In this document: in pieces, positions 40,590 to 53,501 of the stretch
Layout: the number at the start of each line of letters is the position of its first letter
Numbering within the stretch: position 1 is the first letter of the stretch
Origin: Dictyostelium discoideum
Taxonomy: Eukaryota
DNA: 64,000 nucleotides
Assembly (NCBI GenBank): GCA_000004695.1
Contig: CM000155.2
Coordinates: 2,944,001-3,008,000 of the forward strand
Direction: 5' to 3'
The notes under the pieces: generated by a model
Told to the model about the DNA's origin: nothing
The model's input: the letters and a program-made list of their open reading frames with translations, nothing else
The model's database searches: none
Made by a program: the position numbers and the translations under genes

Positions 40590-41081
40590 ATGCAAGAAAA
40601 ACTACCATTTATTTTACGTGATCCAATACCAGGTGATATGGGTATGGTTGTTTATCAAAATGCTGTTTTTTATTCAAAAGAGTTTGGTTGGGATTCACGT
40701 TTTGAAGCTTTAGTTGCCAAAGTTGTTTCAGAGTATATAACAAATTTTGATGAAAAATATGAAAAATGTTGGATAGCAGAAAAAGATGGTAAAATGGTTG
40801 GTTCGATTTTTGTTGTTAAACAGGATGAAAATACAGCAAAACTTAGAATGTTATATGTTGATTCATCAGCTCGTTGTTTGGGAATTGCAAATAAATTAGT
40901 TGATGAATCTATAAAATTTTCAGAGTCAGTAGGTTATAAAAGAATCATTCTTTGGACAAATAGTATTTTAGTTGATGCAGCTAGAATTTATATAAAATTT
41001 GGTTTTAAACTTGAAAATGAAGAAAAACACACAATGTTTGGACCTGAACTCACTGGTCAAACTTATTCAAAAGATTTGTAA
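40590..41081 (+). CDS. GNAT-family N-acetyltransferase, intronless, 163 aa
   Basis: GNAT motifs: acetyl-CoA-binding-type RMLYVDSSARCLGIANKLVDESIKFSESVGYKRIILWTNSILVDAARIYIKFGFK. No introns. The overall architecture resembles bacterial small GNATs. Confidence 0.8.
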   Translation: MQEKLPFILRDPIPGDMGMVVYQNAVFYSKEFGWDSRFEALVAKVVSEYITNFDEKYEKCWIAEKDGKMVGSIFVVKQDENTAKLRMLYVDSSARCLGIANKLVDESIKFSESVGYKRIILWTNSILVDAARIYIKFGFKLENEEKHTMFGPELTGQTYSKDL

Positions 41082-41395
41082 TATAAAATATTATTATTAT
41101 TATTATTTTAAAATAATAATAGAGAATATTAAAAAAGGACCAGTGGAAAAAGAAAGACAAGAAAGAATTTTATTTGGTACCGTACAAAGAAAATAAAAGG
41201 AAGCACAACACATTTGAATAATATTTGTAAAATAAAATATAAAGATAATTTTTTAATTTAAAATCCCTATGGTTCTTTACTAAATTTTCTTCATAATCCC
41301 ATATTCCATTTTTATTATTCAATTGAGAATTATAATTTATCCGAGATTTATATTTCCAGCTTATGTCAGTATTTAAAAAAGAAATTCATATAAAT

Positions 41396-41468
41396 GCCCG
41401 GCTAGCTCAGTCGGTAGAGCGCCAGACTCTTAATCTGGTGGTCGGGGGTTCGAGCCCCCCGTTGGGCG
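41396..41468 (+). tRNA. tRNA-Lys (anticodon CUU), third copy
   Basis: Same 73-nt sequence as the two minus-strand copies. Followed by AAATTTTT. Confidence 0.92.
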
Positions 41469-41500
41469 AAATTTTTAACTCGATTCCTACAAGGATCGCA

Positions 41501-41510
41501 AGTTCGATTC
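41501..41510 (+). promoter_or_regulatory. ex-B box-like element downstream of tRNA-Lys
   Basis: AGTTCGATTC lies ~33 bp 3' of the tRNA and resembles B-box GGTTCGANTCC. Confidence 0.5.
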
Positions 41511-41514
41511 TATA

Positions 41515-42170
41515 TAAATTTTCAGATTTGGGTTATAAAAATAATTGTATATGGAGATTAAAAAAATCCTCAATCCTCTCAAGCATAATGCTTAAGAAAA
41601 TAGACTTCCTACTTAACGATTATTCAAGGGAGCTGTCATCCAACCATAACTCTATTTCCTTCTCTCAACTCAACAGCTTACTAAACAAAATAAAACAACT
41701 ATACACAGAATTTCAAAAACAAAATGACTACAACAATAAGGCAAACATCAAAAATCTAATCTCCCTACTAGAGACAGAATTTAAAGACCAAGCCTTCGCA
41801 ACCCTTTCAGCAATAAATGAATCTAAAAAAAGAGAAGAACAACTTAAACAAGAATTGAACAACTATTGCGAAGAAACCTCACTCAAGTACATCTCCGCGA
41901 GAATCAAGAAAAGACACAATGATTTCACCATCAACGCAGTAAAAGATGCACAAGGTAGAACAATCAACAAACAGGAATTGATCGAAGAAGATTACGTAAA
42001 ATATTACTCAAATCTTTATGACTACAAAGAAGATGACGCACCATCTCATTATGAAATGTTGGAAAATTGGACAGTGACCAGGGACTCAACATGGGACAAC
42101 CTTGAAAATGAATTCACAACCCAAGGAGATCCCTAGAAGTAATAAAACCAATTGGAACCCCACACCAAAT
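41515..42170 (+). mobile_element. Start of a TRE-type non-LTR retrotransposon immediately downstream of tRNA-Lys (ORF ~41585..42136, then truncated by gap)
   Basis: The ORF (real ATG ~41585, MLKKIDFLLNDYSR...) contains a LINE-like segment ...RTINKQELIEEDYVKYYSNLYDYKEDD. Track ORF 41363.. reads through the tRNA, so its N-terminus is an artefact. Same position (downstream of tRNA-Lys, same orientation) as the fragment at 9778-10418. Confidence 0.65.
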
Positions 42171-42270
42171 NNNNNNNNNNNNNNNNNNNNNNNNNNNNNN
42201 NNNNNNNNNNNNNNNNNNNNNNNNNNNNNNNNNNNNNNNNNNNNNNNNNNNNNNNNNNNNNNNNNNNNNN
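42171..42270. other. Assembly gap (100 N)
   Basis: Run of N. Confidence 1.
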
Positions 42271-42301
<31 letters not shown>

Positions 42302-42786
42302 AAAATAAAATAAAGAAATAAAAAGAAAATATATAACGTAGCTACTTAAAAATTTTTATAAGAGAAAAAAAAGTTAATGTGAAAGAATTTTTAATTGTGT
42401 GAGCAAAAAAAAAAAACAAAAATTTTTTAAAAAAAAAAAATTGAAAAAAAAAAATTTTTTTAAAAAAAAAAAAAAAAAAAAAAATAAAAAAAAAAAAAAA
42501 ATAAAAAAAAAGTTTTTCAAGTTTTTATTAATTCTCTCTTTTAATTTTTTTAATATATATAGTTTGTTTAATTTTATTATTTAAATTTAAAATTTAAACA
42601 TTGTTTTTTTAAATTTTTATTTTTTAATTTTAATTTTTTTTTTTCAAAAATATTTCCAAACATTTCACAAATTTGGAAAAAAAAAAAAAAAAGTCCAAAA
42701 TCCAAAAAAAAAAAAAAACTTCCAAAACTAAGAACCCTGTAAGTTCCCCCATAGTATCTACCTATATACATTAAAAATTAGAATAT

Positions 42787-42788
<2 letters not shown>

Positions 42789-42880
<92 letters not shown>

Positions 42881-42892
42881 TTAATAATAAAA
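42789..42892. repeat. (AAT)n microsatellite, ~33 units, intergenic
   Basis: Uninterrupted AAT repeats. Confidence 0.9.
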
Positions 42893-43128
42893 TTTTTTAT
42901 TATTTTTTAAAATATTATAATTAATAATGCATACCTGAAAAAACCCCAAATAATTTTTCTCTAAAGTGTGGGGGGGGGGATTATTCCCCTGATTAAGGGA
43001 TTAAGGTTAAGGGTCGGAGGAGAGATAGGGGGAGATTATTGGTCAAGATTTGGTTCTTTTAAGGTTTTTTTCTTTTTGAAATCTCCAAAACAAGATTTTT
43101 TTTTTTTTTTTTCTTCTATTTTCCATTT

Positions 43129-43161
<33 letters not shown>

Positions 43162-43428
43162 GATGGTTTTGAGAGGAAAAATACCAATTGGTGATTTAAA
43201 TTAAAATTATTACTTATTTCCTATTTTATTTTCAGGTAAATTGGAAAGTTTAATTTGACTTTTTTTTTTTTTTTTTATTTTCTTTTCTGTTTCTCTGAAA
43301 AAAAAAAAAGAAAAAAAAAAAAAAAAAGAAAAAATTGGAGGCCCAGTTTATTTACAGTCAAGTGAGTAACAGTACAATGACTATCACCAATTCCATCTGT
43401 GGAAGTAATATATTAATCATGTTATTGG

Positions 43429-43554
43429 CGATGAAAGATACACCACTCTGAAAGAGTACTCAACTCCTGGCGATGAAAGATACACCACTCTGGAAGAGTA
43501 CTCAACTCCTGGCGATGAAAGATACACCACTCTGAAAGAGTACTCAACTCCTGC
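43429..43554. repeat. 42-bp x 3 tandem repeat (CGATGAAAGATACACCACTCTGAAAGAGTACTCAACTCCTGG)
   Basis: Three near-identical units (one A/G difference). The + frame reads GDERYTTLKEYSTP x3 and is open on both strands. Local GC is higher than the surroundings. Confidence 0.85.
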
Positions 43555-43785
43555 AAATCTATTGATTTTATACTCAGATTGCACAAGAAAAACAAACGTA
43601 CTATGTTCACCAAATTCAACATATGTCTCCCAAATTAATTTCTAACCAAAAAAAAAAAAAAAAAAAAAAATAATAAAAATTATTATACCTTCTTTTAAAA
43701 ATTAAAATAAAAAAAAAAATTCGGTGCCCGTCTTAATGATTTGATTGGTTGATATCTGGATTTAAAAGTTCCAATATCTAAATAT

Positions 43786-43820
<35 letters not shown>

Positions 43821-43956
43821 TAAAAGTTATTACCAAATAAAATTATAAAAAAAAAATAAAAAAGATATTTCTTATAATTACATACTGAATTTAATTATAC
43901 AATACTTAACAAATATTGTTTAATATTATTTAAAAGTTTTGTTTTAAATCTTCCAT

Positions 43957-43995
<39 letters not shown>

Positions 43996-44493
43996 GGCTA
44001 ATGAAAAATTTTTCGAATAATTGACCTATTCCTGGATAACTCGATCTTTTTCAAAATAACTTTATTTATTCAGAATTAATTCAATTATTCACTGATAGGT
44101 CCAATACCAAATAAAATTATTTTTTTAAAAAAAAAAAAGTTAATATCAAATAAAATTATTTAATTTTAAATAAAAAAAAAAGTTTAATCTAAATTATATT
44201 GCATTAATTCAATCATTCACTGAAAGGTCCACTATTTTAATTATAAAAAAAATAAATAATATAAATAATCAATAAAAAATAAAAAAAATTTTAATGTTAG
44301 AATTAAATCAAATTAAAATTTTTTTTTTTTTTTTTTTTATATTATTGATTATTTATGTTTTGTTTTTACAATATTATCTATTTACCATTTTTGGTGATTT
44401 TTGGCAATAATAAGTTTTTTTCAACTTCACAATTATCGCATGTCCCTTTTTTGTGCTTTCCAAACAAAAAGTTGTGTCTAAAATTTTTATTTG

Positions 44494-44540
<47 letters not shown>

Positions 44541-44654
44541 AAAAAAATTTTTTTTTTTTTTTTTTTAATTTATTATTAAATTTTCTTTTTTTGATTTCTA
44601 TAAAATTTATAAATTTTTTTTTTTTTTTTTTTTAATATAAACTTTTTTAATTAA

Positions 44655-45405
44655 ATGTACGGATACGGATATACACCAGCAGTTGTAGCACCAACAGTCA
44701 TGTCATTCTCATTTGTCCCACCTCAAGCATTCCAACAATGTTGGTTTTACTCATTATACACTCAAATTCAACAAGCTCAATTATATGAAATGCAATCTTG
44801 GTTTATGAGAGTTGATGCAAATCGTAGCGGAACAATTAGCAGTGGTGAATTACAATATTTAAATATTGGTGGCACTCCTCTTGGTATTGAAACAGCTGTA
44901 AGTAATAATAATAATAATATATTAAAATAAAAAAGTATAAATTAATTAATAACCAACTTTTTCTTTTCTTTTTTTTTCTTTTTTTTCTTTTTTTTCTTTT
45001 TTTTCTTTTTTTTATAATTTTTATAATTAGACTAAATTAATTAAAGTTTTTGATCATAATAAAAATGGTCAAATTGATTTCTATGAATATGCAGCACTTC
45101 ATCAATTTATCAATAACCTTTACAGATGTTTTGTTGCCAATGATCGTAATTTCAGTGGTACCATTGATGCAAATGAAATTTATAATGCACTCATTACAAG
45201 TGGATTCCAATTACCATTCCCAACTGTTAACTACCTTTTCTTAAAGTTATCCCCAAGTGGTTATGGCCTTTTATTCACTCAATTCTTAAATTTATGTGCA
45301 ACCGTCGCTTTAACTCGTTCATTATTTGAATGGAATGATCCAATGAGAACTGGTGTAGTCCATTTAAATTTAGCTCAACTTTATGATATCATTGCTTTAG
45401 TTTAA
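44655..45405 (+). CDS. Penta-EF-hand (ALG-2/peflin-like) calcium-binding protein; 2 exons 44655..44897 and 45031..45405 (205 aa)
   Basis: Gly/Tyr/Pro-rich N-tail, then [19 protein letters not shown] (EF-hand), [28 protein letters not shown]. Donor is GCT|GTAAGT and the acceptor is TAATTAG. Exon 2 is 375 nt and in frame to TAA 45403-45405. Confidence 0.85.
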
Positions 45406-45502
45406 ATAATTAATAATAATAAATAAAATGTTGTTGTAATCATAAATAAATAAATAAATATTTTTAAATTTCTAATTTTCAATTATTATTTATTTGTTTT
45501 TT

Positions 45503-46067
45503 TTATTTTTTCATTAAACTTGGAATAATTGGTGATTTATAACCATTTTTAGAAAATGTAATTGGATAAAATGATTCTTCTAATTTATTTGAACCATATA
45601 TTTTATAACGACCAAAATGGAAATGTGGTTTTAAATTTGGATTAAATTCACTATCACCTGGGATGAAATGAATTGCAACTACCATACGACCTTTAAATGA
45701 TGATGGATTTGTATTTGAACCATGCCATAATTTACCATGGTGAATTGAACAACCACCTGCTTTAACAGTAACATAGTGAATTGGTAAATTATCAGTGGAT
45801 TCAATATCATTAAATTTTGCAGCATTTTGTAAACCTCTTAAATAATTCTTTGGATTATGAAATTCTTCATTTGAATTACTATCATTAATATCTGCTGGTA
45901 AATCTTTCCATTTATGACTACCCTCCACAAATTCAACTGTACCATTCTCTTTACTAACATCTGTCAATGCAATCCAAACTGTTATTACTTTTTTTGTAGC
46001 ACATTCAAAATATGGTAAATCTTTTATAATATTATAAAAATGTGTGAGTGTTTGTAAGATAAATTTT

Positions 46068-46104
<37 letters not shown>

Positions 46105-46542
46105 AAACATATAAATATTTATTTTTAAAAAAAAATTACCTTGGTGCATTCCAATTGGTTTTCCATTAACTGGTTTCCAAAAGATATCATCTTGTGCGAT
46201 ACGAACTGAGTCAGAACCCAATAACTCGCAAGCTAATTTTCCAATATTTTCATTAAGTACTAGTTGGGCTAATATTGAATCTGATTTCCAGCTATTTACC
46301 AACTCTCTTGTTAAGTCATTTGGTGAGAAATTTGGTCTCCATGTTACATCATCTGGTGTAATAGATTTATCAAAAATACCATTAAAACAATTTTCTGAAT
46401 GATTTTTTATTTTTTCAATATCTGATTGATTTGGTATAATATTATCTAGAACTAAAAATCCATTCTTTTCAAATGATTCTTTATCTTGTTTAGTTATATC
46501 CCTTACACTAATTTTTATTAATTCATTTTCATTTTCGTTCAT
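45503..46542 (-). CDS. Phytanoyl-CoA dioxygenase (PhyH) family Fe(II)/2-oxoglutarate oxygenase; 2 exons 46542..46140 and 46020..45503 (306 aa)
   Basis: Exon 1 ...GMHQ(G) with donor GTAATT. Exon 2 is DLPYFECATKKVITVWIALTDVSKENGTVEFVEGSHKW...HYVTVKAGGCSIHHGKLWHGS, giving His..Asp..His iron ligands in PhyH context. The real ATG is at 46542; the track start at 46560 is a TTG artefact. Confidence 0.8.
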
Positions 46543-46986
46543 TTTTTTTTTTTTTAACAATGTGTTTTGTGTGTGAAAATATGTTATATAATAATAATAA
46601 TAATAATTGTTTTTTTTTTTTTTTTTTTAATTTTTTTTCTCAAAAATTGATTTAAAATAAAAAATAAAAAATAAAAAAAAAATAATATAATATGTGTGTT
46701 TTATTTGAATTTTTTTATTTTTTTTATTTTTAATTTTACCCCACTTTGGTCATTAATATTAATTATTCCTATATATTAAAAATATTTATAATATTTATAA
46801 TAATTTTTTTTTTGTTTTTAATTTTAATTATTTCTATTCAAAAATTAATTTTATAAATATTCTTACATTTTGACAAAATTATAATAAAAATGTAAATATT
46901 TCAAAGATAAAATTCTTAAAGAGATTTTAAAAAAAAAAAAAATAATAATAAATTAAATTAAATAATTTTATCTATAATTATAATTT

Positions 46987-49900
46987 TTATTTATTATTAT
47001 TATTTTTATCGATTTTTGATTTTAAAACATCAATATAATTATTATAAGACTTCATCATTAAATCCTGTATCTTTTGATCAGCATCCAATCTTTGATTCTG
47101 AAGTTGTTCAATTTGCTGTAATAAATTATTTGAGGAAAATGGTTCATTACTACTACTACTATTATTATTATTATTATTATTAAAATAAAATGGTGAAGAT
47201 CTAATTGGTGTTGAATTTGCCGATCTTGATCTTGTTGTAGTATATTGGTGTTGTTGTTGTTGTTGTTGTTGTTGATGTAAATAATCTGATGATGAAAATG
47301 GTATTGATTGTTGATTATTATTATAATAACTTTGATATCTAATACTTGAAGTTGAAGAAGGATATTGGTAATAGGTATTATAATTATCATTTAATCTTAC
47401 TGGTGTTAATCTATTAGTATTAAATGCTATTGGTTGTTGCTGTTGTTGTTGTTGTTGTTGTTGGTATGGTGGTAATAAAACTGTAGTTGGTTTAATTGGT
47501 GTTGTTTTCTTTAAAAAGTTTTCAATTTCATTTAAATCTTTTTCATTTTCTTTTAATATTTTATCAATTTCATCATCATCATGATCATCGTCATCTTTCT
47601 CTCCATCTTTACTTCTTAATAATACTCTTTTCTTTGATGCAGATGATGTATTTTGTTGTTTTTGTTGTTGTTTTTTAGTATTTGAAGAGGTAGTAGTACT
47701 AGTAGTAGTAGTAGTATTATTATTATTATTTGAATTATAAAATAATCGTGGCTCAAATTCATCATCATGATTATCAAATAATTCATCATTTGTATATCTA
47801 CTATAACCACTATTAACAGTTGTTGTATTTGAAGTACCTGAAGAATATCTTCCATTTGGTGTAAAAGATTGTTTCTTTCTCTTTGAAGATGGTGGATTTG
47901 ATATTAATTTTGGTGGTGATGGAGGTGGTGAAATATTTACATTATTACTATTACTATTATTATTATTGATATTATTACTGTTATTATTACTGTTATTATT
48001 ATTATTTGATAATTGTTGTTGTAATTGTAATAATTGTTTTTGTAAATATTCTTTTTCATTTGTAATTTGTGTAATTGAATTTTGTAAATTTAGCATTGTT
48101 AATTCTTGTTGATGTTGTTGTTGTTGTTGTTGATTTTGATCATATTGTTGTTGATTTTGATGTTGTTCATCAATTAAAACAACATTTTGATGTTGTTGTT
48201 GTTGGTCAATATTTAAATTAATTTTATTTAATTTATTAATTAAATCTAAATTTTCAAATTGAATTAATTCTAATTGATGTTTATGATCTTCATTTGATTG
48301 ATAAAGATTATCATATTCTTGTTTAATATTTGAAAGTAATGATTCAGTCCTTTGTTTCTCTAAATCAATATAATTTTGTTTCTCTTTAATTAAATCCATT
48401 AAATATTGTTGATGTTTTTCAACTTTATCCAATTGTTTATCAACCTCTACTAGTATGGATTGAATATCTTCCTTTAGATAACGATCTTGATATTCTCTAT
48501 CCTTTTCAACGATATCTAAATATTCATTGACTTGTTTCATCTTTTCAGTATACTGATCACGAGATCTAGTTAAATCATCGAATAAACTCTTATTCTCAAT
48601 ACCAAGTATATCCAACTCTTGATTCTTTATTTGTACAACCTCTTTAATCTCTTTAACTTTAACTCTACTCTTTTCTTCAACAATTAATTCATTAATTATT
48701 GTCTCTAACCATGTTAAATTCTTTTGTAAATTTAAAATATTTTCATTACTATCATCATTATTATCATCTTGATTTTCATCTTGATTTTCATCATTATCAT
48801 TATCATTAATTTTTTGTTCTTTTAATAATTGATTTAATTTCATTTGAACGAAATCAGTATTTTTAGTATTAATAATATTTGAAGATAATAAAGAATTTAG
48901 TAGTGAATGAATATCATTATTAATAGTATGAATGAATTGTGATAGATGAGAATTTGATTGTTTCAATTCAATCAATTGATCATTGTATAGATTTGATTGT
49001 GATTGTGATTGACTATTCAATTGTTCAAGATTACTAATTTCTTGACGATAAGTTTCAAGTAACTGTTCAAATTGTTGTTGTTGTTCACTATATTGTTGTT
49101 GTTGTTCAATAGATAATTGTAATTGATGTTGTTCGAATTCCATCTGATATTGAGTTTTAATTTGTTGATTATATTTCTCAATCTCTTTTTCAATCTCTTT
49201 TTCAAATTGTTTCTCAAATTTCAATTTTAATTCCTTTTCTAATGATTCTAAATCTTTCTTTTCATTTGATAAATTTGATCGTAATTGATTTCTCTCTTTT
49301 TCAAATTCAATTTCAAATTCTTTTTCAATTATTAATTTTTGATTCTCCAATTCTTTTTCAAAATCTTGTCTTTGTCTCTCCAATTCAATTTCAAATTCTT
49401 GTCTTTGTTGATCAAATTGTAATTTAAAGTCTTGTTCAAATTCTTGTTGATAAATTTCAAATTCTTCTTTTGTAATAAATTCTTCTTTTTCTTCTTCTTC
49501 CTCTTCCTCTTCTTGTTCTGATTCACTTGAATTTAATATTATTGAATCTTGATCATCACCACTATGTAATATAATTGAATCATTATCATCTTCATTTGTA
49601 TTTGAACTATTATTAGTATTAGTATTATTATCATCATTTAATATAATTTCATCATCTAATTCAATGATTGAATTTCTAATATTATCTTTTTCTTCATCAT
49701 CTTCATCAGGGTGATATTGAACACTATCATTATCAGAATTATCAATACTTTCTTCACCATGATCATCTTCTGATTCACTTGAATTAATTATCACTTCATC
49801 ATCTAATTCACCAAATTCATCACAAAATTCTTCATCTTCTTCTTCTTCTTCTTCTTCTTCATCTTCATCTTCATCTTCTTGGTTATTATTATTGTTAATT

Positions 49901-52717
49901 GAATTGTTTGCTGTAGTTGTAGTTGTAGTTGTTGTTGATGTTGTATTTTTATTATTATTATTAGTATTAGTATTATTTGTTGTTGTTGTTGAATTATCAG
50001 ATTTTGAATTTTCAAATAATTGATTACTATTTATATTATAATCAGGTTGAATTGGTGAAGAAATATTATCTTTAATGAATTGATATTGTTCATCATTTAA
50101 AGATAAAGTTTTAGTATGAATACCATCATTTGAATAGATTACATTTTGATTGAAATGAACTTGTTTCTTTTTTAATGATGATAATCTTTGATCTGGATCA
50201 TAATCTGAATTGATAGATAATGAATCTTTACTAATACCAATTTCATTTAACATTTGCTTATAGTGTGGTGAAATATCGTATAATTGAACCAAAACATCTT
50301 TAGCAATACAAAGATCTCTTTTAATCTGTTGGAAATTCTCTAAAATAGATTCATAATCTTTAATAACAATCTCTTGTCTATCTCTATCATCAATTAAACT
50401 TTGATTTGAATTCATCACTGTAACATATTCAAATTGTAATTTTCTCATATCTGCAATCTCTTTTAATTTTCTTTCATACCTTTTCTTTAATTCTTCATAT
50501 GAAATATCATTTTCATTTGGACTTGAATAAATTGATTGTTGTTGAGTTTGTTGTTGTTGTTGTTGTTGAGTTTGTTGAGTTTGTTGTTGTTTTTGTTTAG
50601 ATTCACCATTTGAAATTATACCACTACCATCAGAATTTAAAGATAAATTATTATCAGTTATATTTTGAATGATCATATCCAATGAAGAAGATGATGAATT
50701 CTCTCTATGATGAGTTTTTCTTTTAATTGGACTACCAGTTATAGAAGAAGAGGTTGCATTACTTAATGCAGTGGCTTGTTGTTGTTGTAATTGTTGTAAT
50801 TGAGTGATTTGTAATTGTAATTCTTTAATTTGATGTTGTAAATCATTAATTTTCTCAATCTTTTCATCATTCTCTTTAATTAATAATTGAATTTCATTTG
50901 AAAATTGTTGATTCTCTTGTTTCGATAATTCTAATAATTCATTAACCATATCTAATTCTTCATTATTATTATTATTATTATTAGTGGTAGTGGTAGTAGT
51001 AGTAGTATTAATTTGTTTATCAATTAATTCTTGTTCTTTTTGTTTCAATTGTTGATTTAATTGTTTAATTTGTTCTAATAGTTGATTAATTGTTGATTGT
51101 TTTAATTGTAAATCATTCATTGATTCTTTATATTGTTGATCTAATGATTGATATAGATTCATAATTTCATCAGTTTGATTGAATGATTGTTGATATTCTT
51201 CCAATTGTAATTGATATTTATTTATGGTTTCTTTATTTTCTAGTTTCGATTGTTGATATTCATTTTCAAGTTTTTCAAGTTCACCTTTAATTTCAATTTC
51301 CTTTTGTTCATATTGATTATAATTCTCACAAAGTTCATTATAATTTGTTAACAACTCTTGATAACTTGATGATAATTGATTGATTTGATTTGATTTCTTT
51401 GTATTATCAACTTCTTGTTTCTTTAATTCTTGAATTGTTTCATCCAATTTCTTTAAATTCTCTTTTTCAATTAATTTCAATTCATTAATTTGTTGATTGA
51501 ATTTATTATTAATTTCTTCTAGTTCTTTAATTTTATTAATTTGTTGTTGTTCATTATTACTATTATTATTATTATTTTGTTGTTGCTCTTGTTTTAATTG
51601 TTCATTTTCAGATTTAATTTGTTGATATAATTTTTCAAATTCTTTAAAGTCTGAAGTTAAAGATTCCAATTCCTCAATTTGAGTATTTTGTTCCTTTATG
51701 ATTTGTTCAGATTCAAATAATTGTGAATTTAATACTTCAATTTCATTTGATAATTGATCGATTTGTTCTTGATTCTTTGAAATACTTTCATTATGAATGA
51801 TTTGTAATTCTTGAAGTTTTTGTTTAATTAAAGTTTTTTTTTTTTTTAATAATTCATTCGACTCAACCAATTCAATAGTATAATTTCTTTCTTTTTCTAA
51901 ATGTTCTTCTAATTGTTTAATTTGAATTAATTGTTTATTATATTCAATTTCAAAATTATTATTATTTTCATCTAATTTTTCATTTTCTTTATTATTATTA
52001 TTATTATTATTATTATCAATATTTAATGATTTTAATTCTAAATTATCTTTTTCTAATAAATCAATTTTATTTTGTTTATTATTTAATTCTTCTTCGAAAT
52101 GTTGTTTTGTATAATTTAATTGTTTTTCTAATCTTTCATTCTTTGTTTTGTATTCTATTGATTTGGATTTCTCTTCTTTTAATTCCTCTATTAATTTGGT
52201 TTTACTTTGATTTAATTCCATTATTGTTTCAAAATTACTCTATTAAAAAAAATAAAATAAAAAATAAAAAATAAAATAAAATAAAATAAAATAAAATAAT
52301 AATGATGATGATGATGATGATTTTATTAATAAAATGAATCAAAATTTCAAAAATGTGTATGTATTGAATATTATGAAAATATTTACTTGATTTTGTTTTA
52401 ATTCTTTTTCTGTTAAATTTTTAATTTCATTTTCTAATTTTTTATTATTCTCAAGTAAAATTTGATATTCGCTAGTTATATTTGTAGTTGTTGTAGTTGT
52501 AGTAATTGTTGATGATGATGAAGATGATTCAATATTATTATTATTATCATTATTTAATTTTTTATTTAATTCTAAAATTGTTTCATTTGCAATTTCAACA
52601 TCGATTTTTTCTTTATCTAATTTTAATTTTAATATTTCAATTTCTTCTTCTAAATCTTTAATTAAACTATTATTTTTATTATTATTACTATTATTACTAT
52701 TTATATTATTATTATCA

Positions 52718-52748
<31 letters not shown>

Positions 52749-53461
52749 CATCATCATTGCCTTGTTCTAATTGTTGAATTTTATTTTTTAATAAATCATT
52801 TTCAATCTTTAATTCATTTTCAATTAATTTAAAATCATCCAATAATGAATTGGATTCTTTTAATTTTTGTTCCAATGTTAATATTTTAACTAACATTGAA
52901 TCATTATCTTTAATATTCCTATTGTTTATATCATCCTCCTCTTCTTCCCCTTCCCCTATTATACCATTCCCATTCCCATTACTATTACTATTATTATTAT
53001 TATCGCTATGTAATGAACCATTAATACCATTTATAATTGGTGATGATGATGATGATGTCATTGATGGTGAATTTTGTTGTTGTTGGTGTTGTTGCTTTTT
53101 TATTAAATTTACAATATCTTCATTTTCTTTTAATTTTAATAATGTTTCATTTAATCGATTTGTATTTGATTCTTGAGAATCTTCTATTCTAGATTTCTCT
53201 TCCTCTAAAATTGATACTCGAGATGCTAAAATACCATTTTGTTTACGTTCTTCTACTAATTTCTTTTGAGTTTGTATTATACCCTTTTGCATATCCTCTA
53301 CATGTTTTTTTGAATCTTCTTTCTCTTTCATCATCTGTTTCACCGTTTCAATAAGTTGAGAGTTTTTCTCTCTCTCTGCATTAAAAAAATCAATGGTTTT
53401 TTGATGTAATTCCTTTTCTTTAGAAATCTCTTCTAATAAATAAATTTTCTCTTCTGCTGAT

Positions 53462-53466
<5 letters not shown>
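46987..53466 (-). CDS. Very large coiled-coil protein with poly-N/poly-Q tracts (2110 aa); 2 exons 53466..52387 and 52239..46987
   Basis: Track ORFs 52339..53466 and 46987..52221 join through a 147-bp intron (donor CAA|GTAAAT, acceptor TTAATAG), in frame as ...KQNQ|SNFETIMELNQ.... The sequence has heptad-like E/K/Q/L-rich segments throughout and no catalytic domain. Confidence 0.7.

Positions 53467-53501
<35 letters not shown>

Noticed and set aside
41363-41500. N-terminal part of track ORF 41363..42136 (MSVFKKEIHINARLAQSVERQTL...)
   Set aside because: This segment is the tRNA-Lys gene translated in frame. The real element ORF starts at the ATG near 41585.
45050-45244. Track ORF 45050..45244 ([17 protein letters not shown]...)
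   Set aside because: It is out of frame relative to the penta-EF-hand exon 2 that occupies the same DNA. The EF-hand frame has clear homology.
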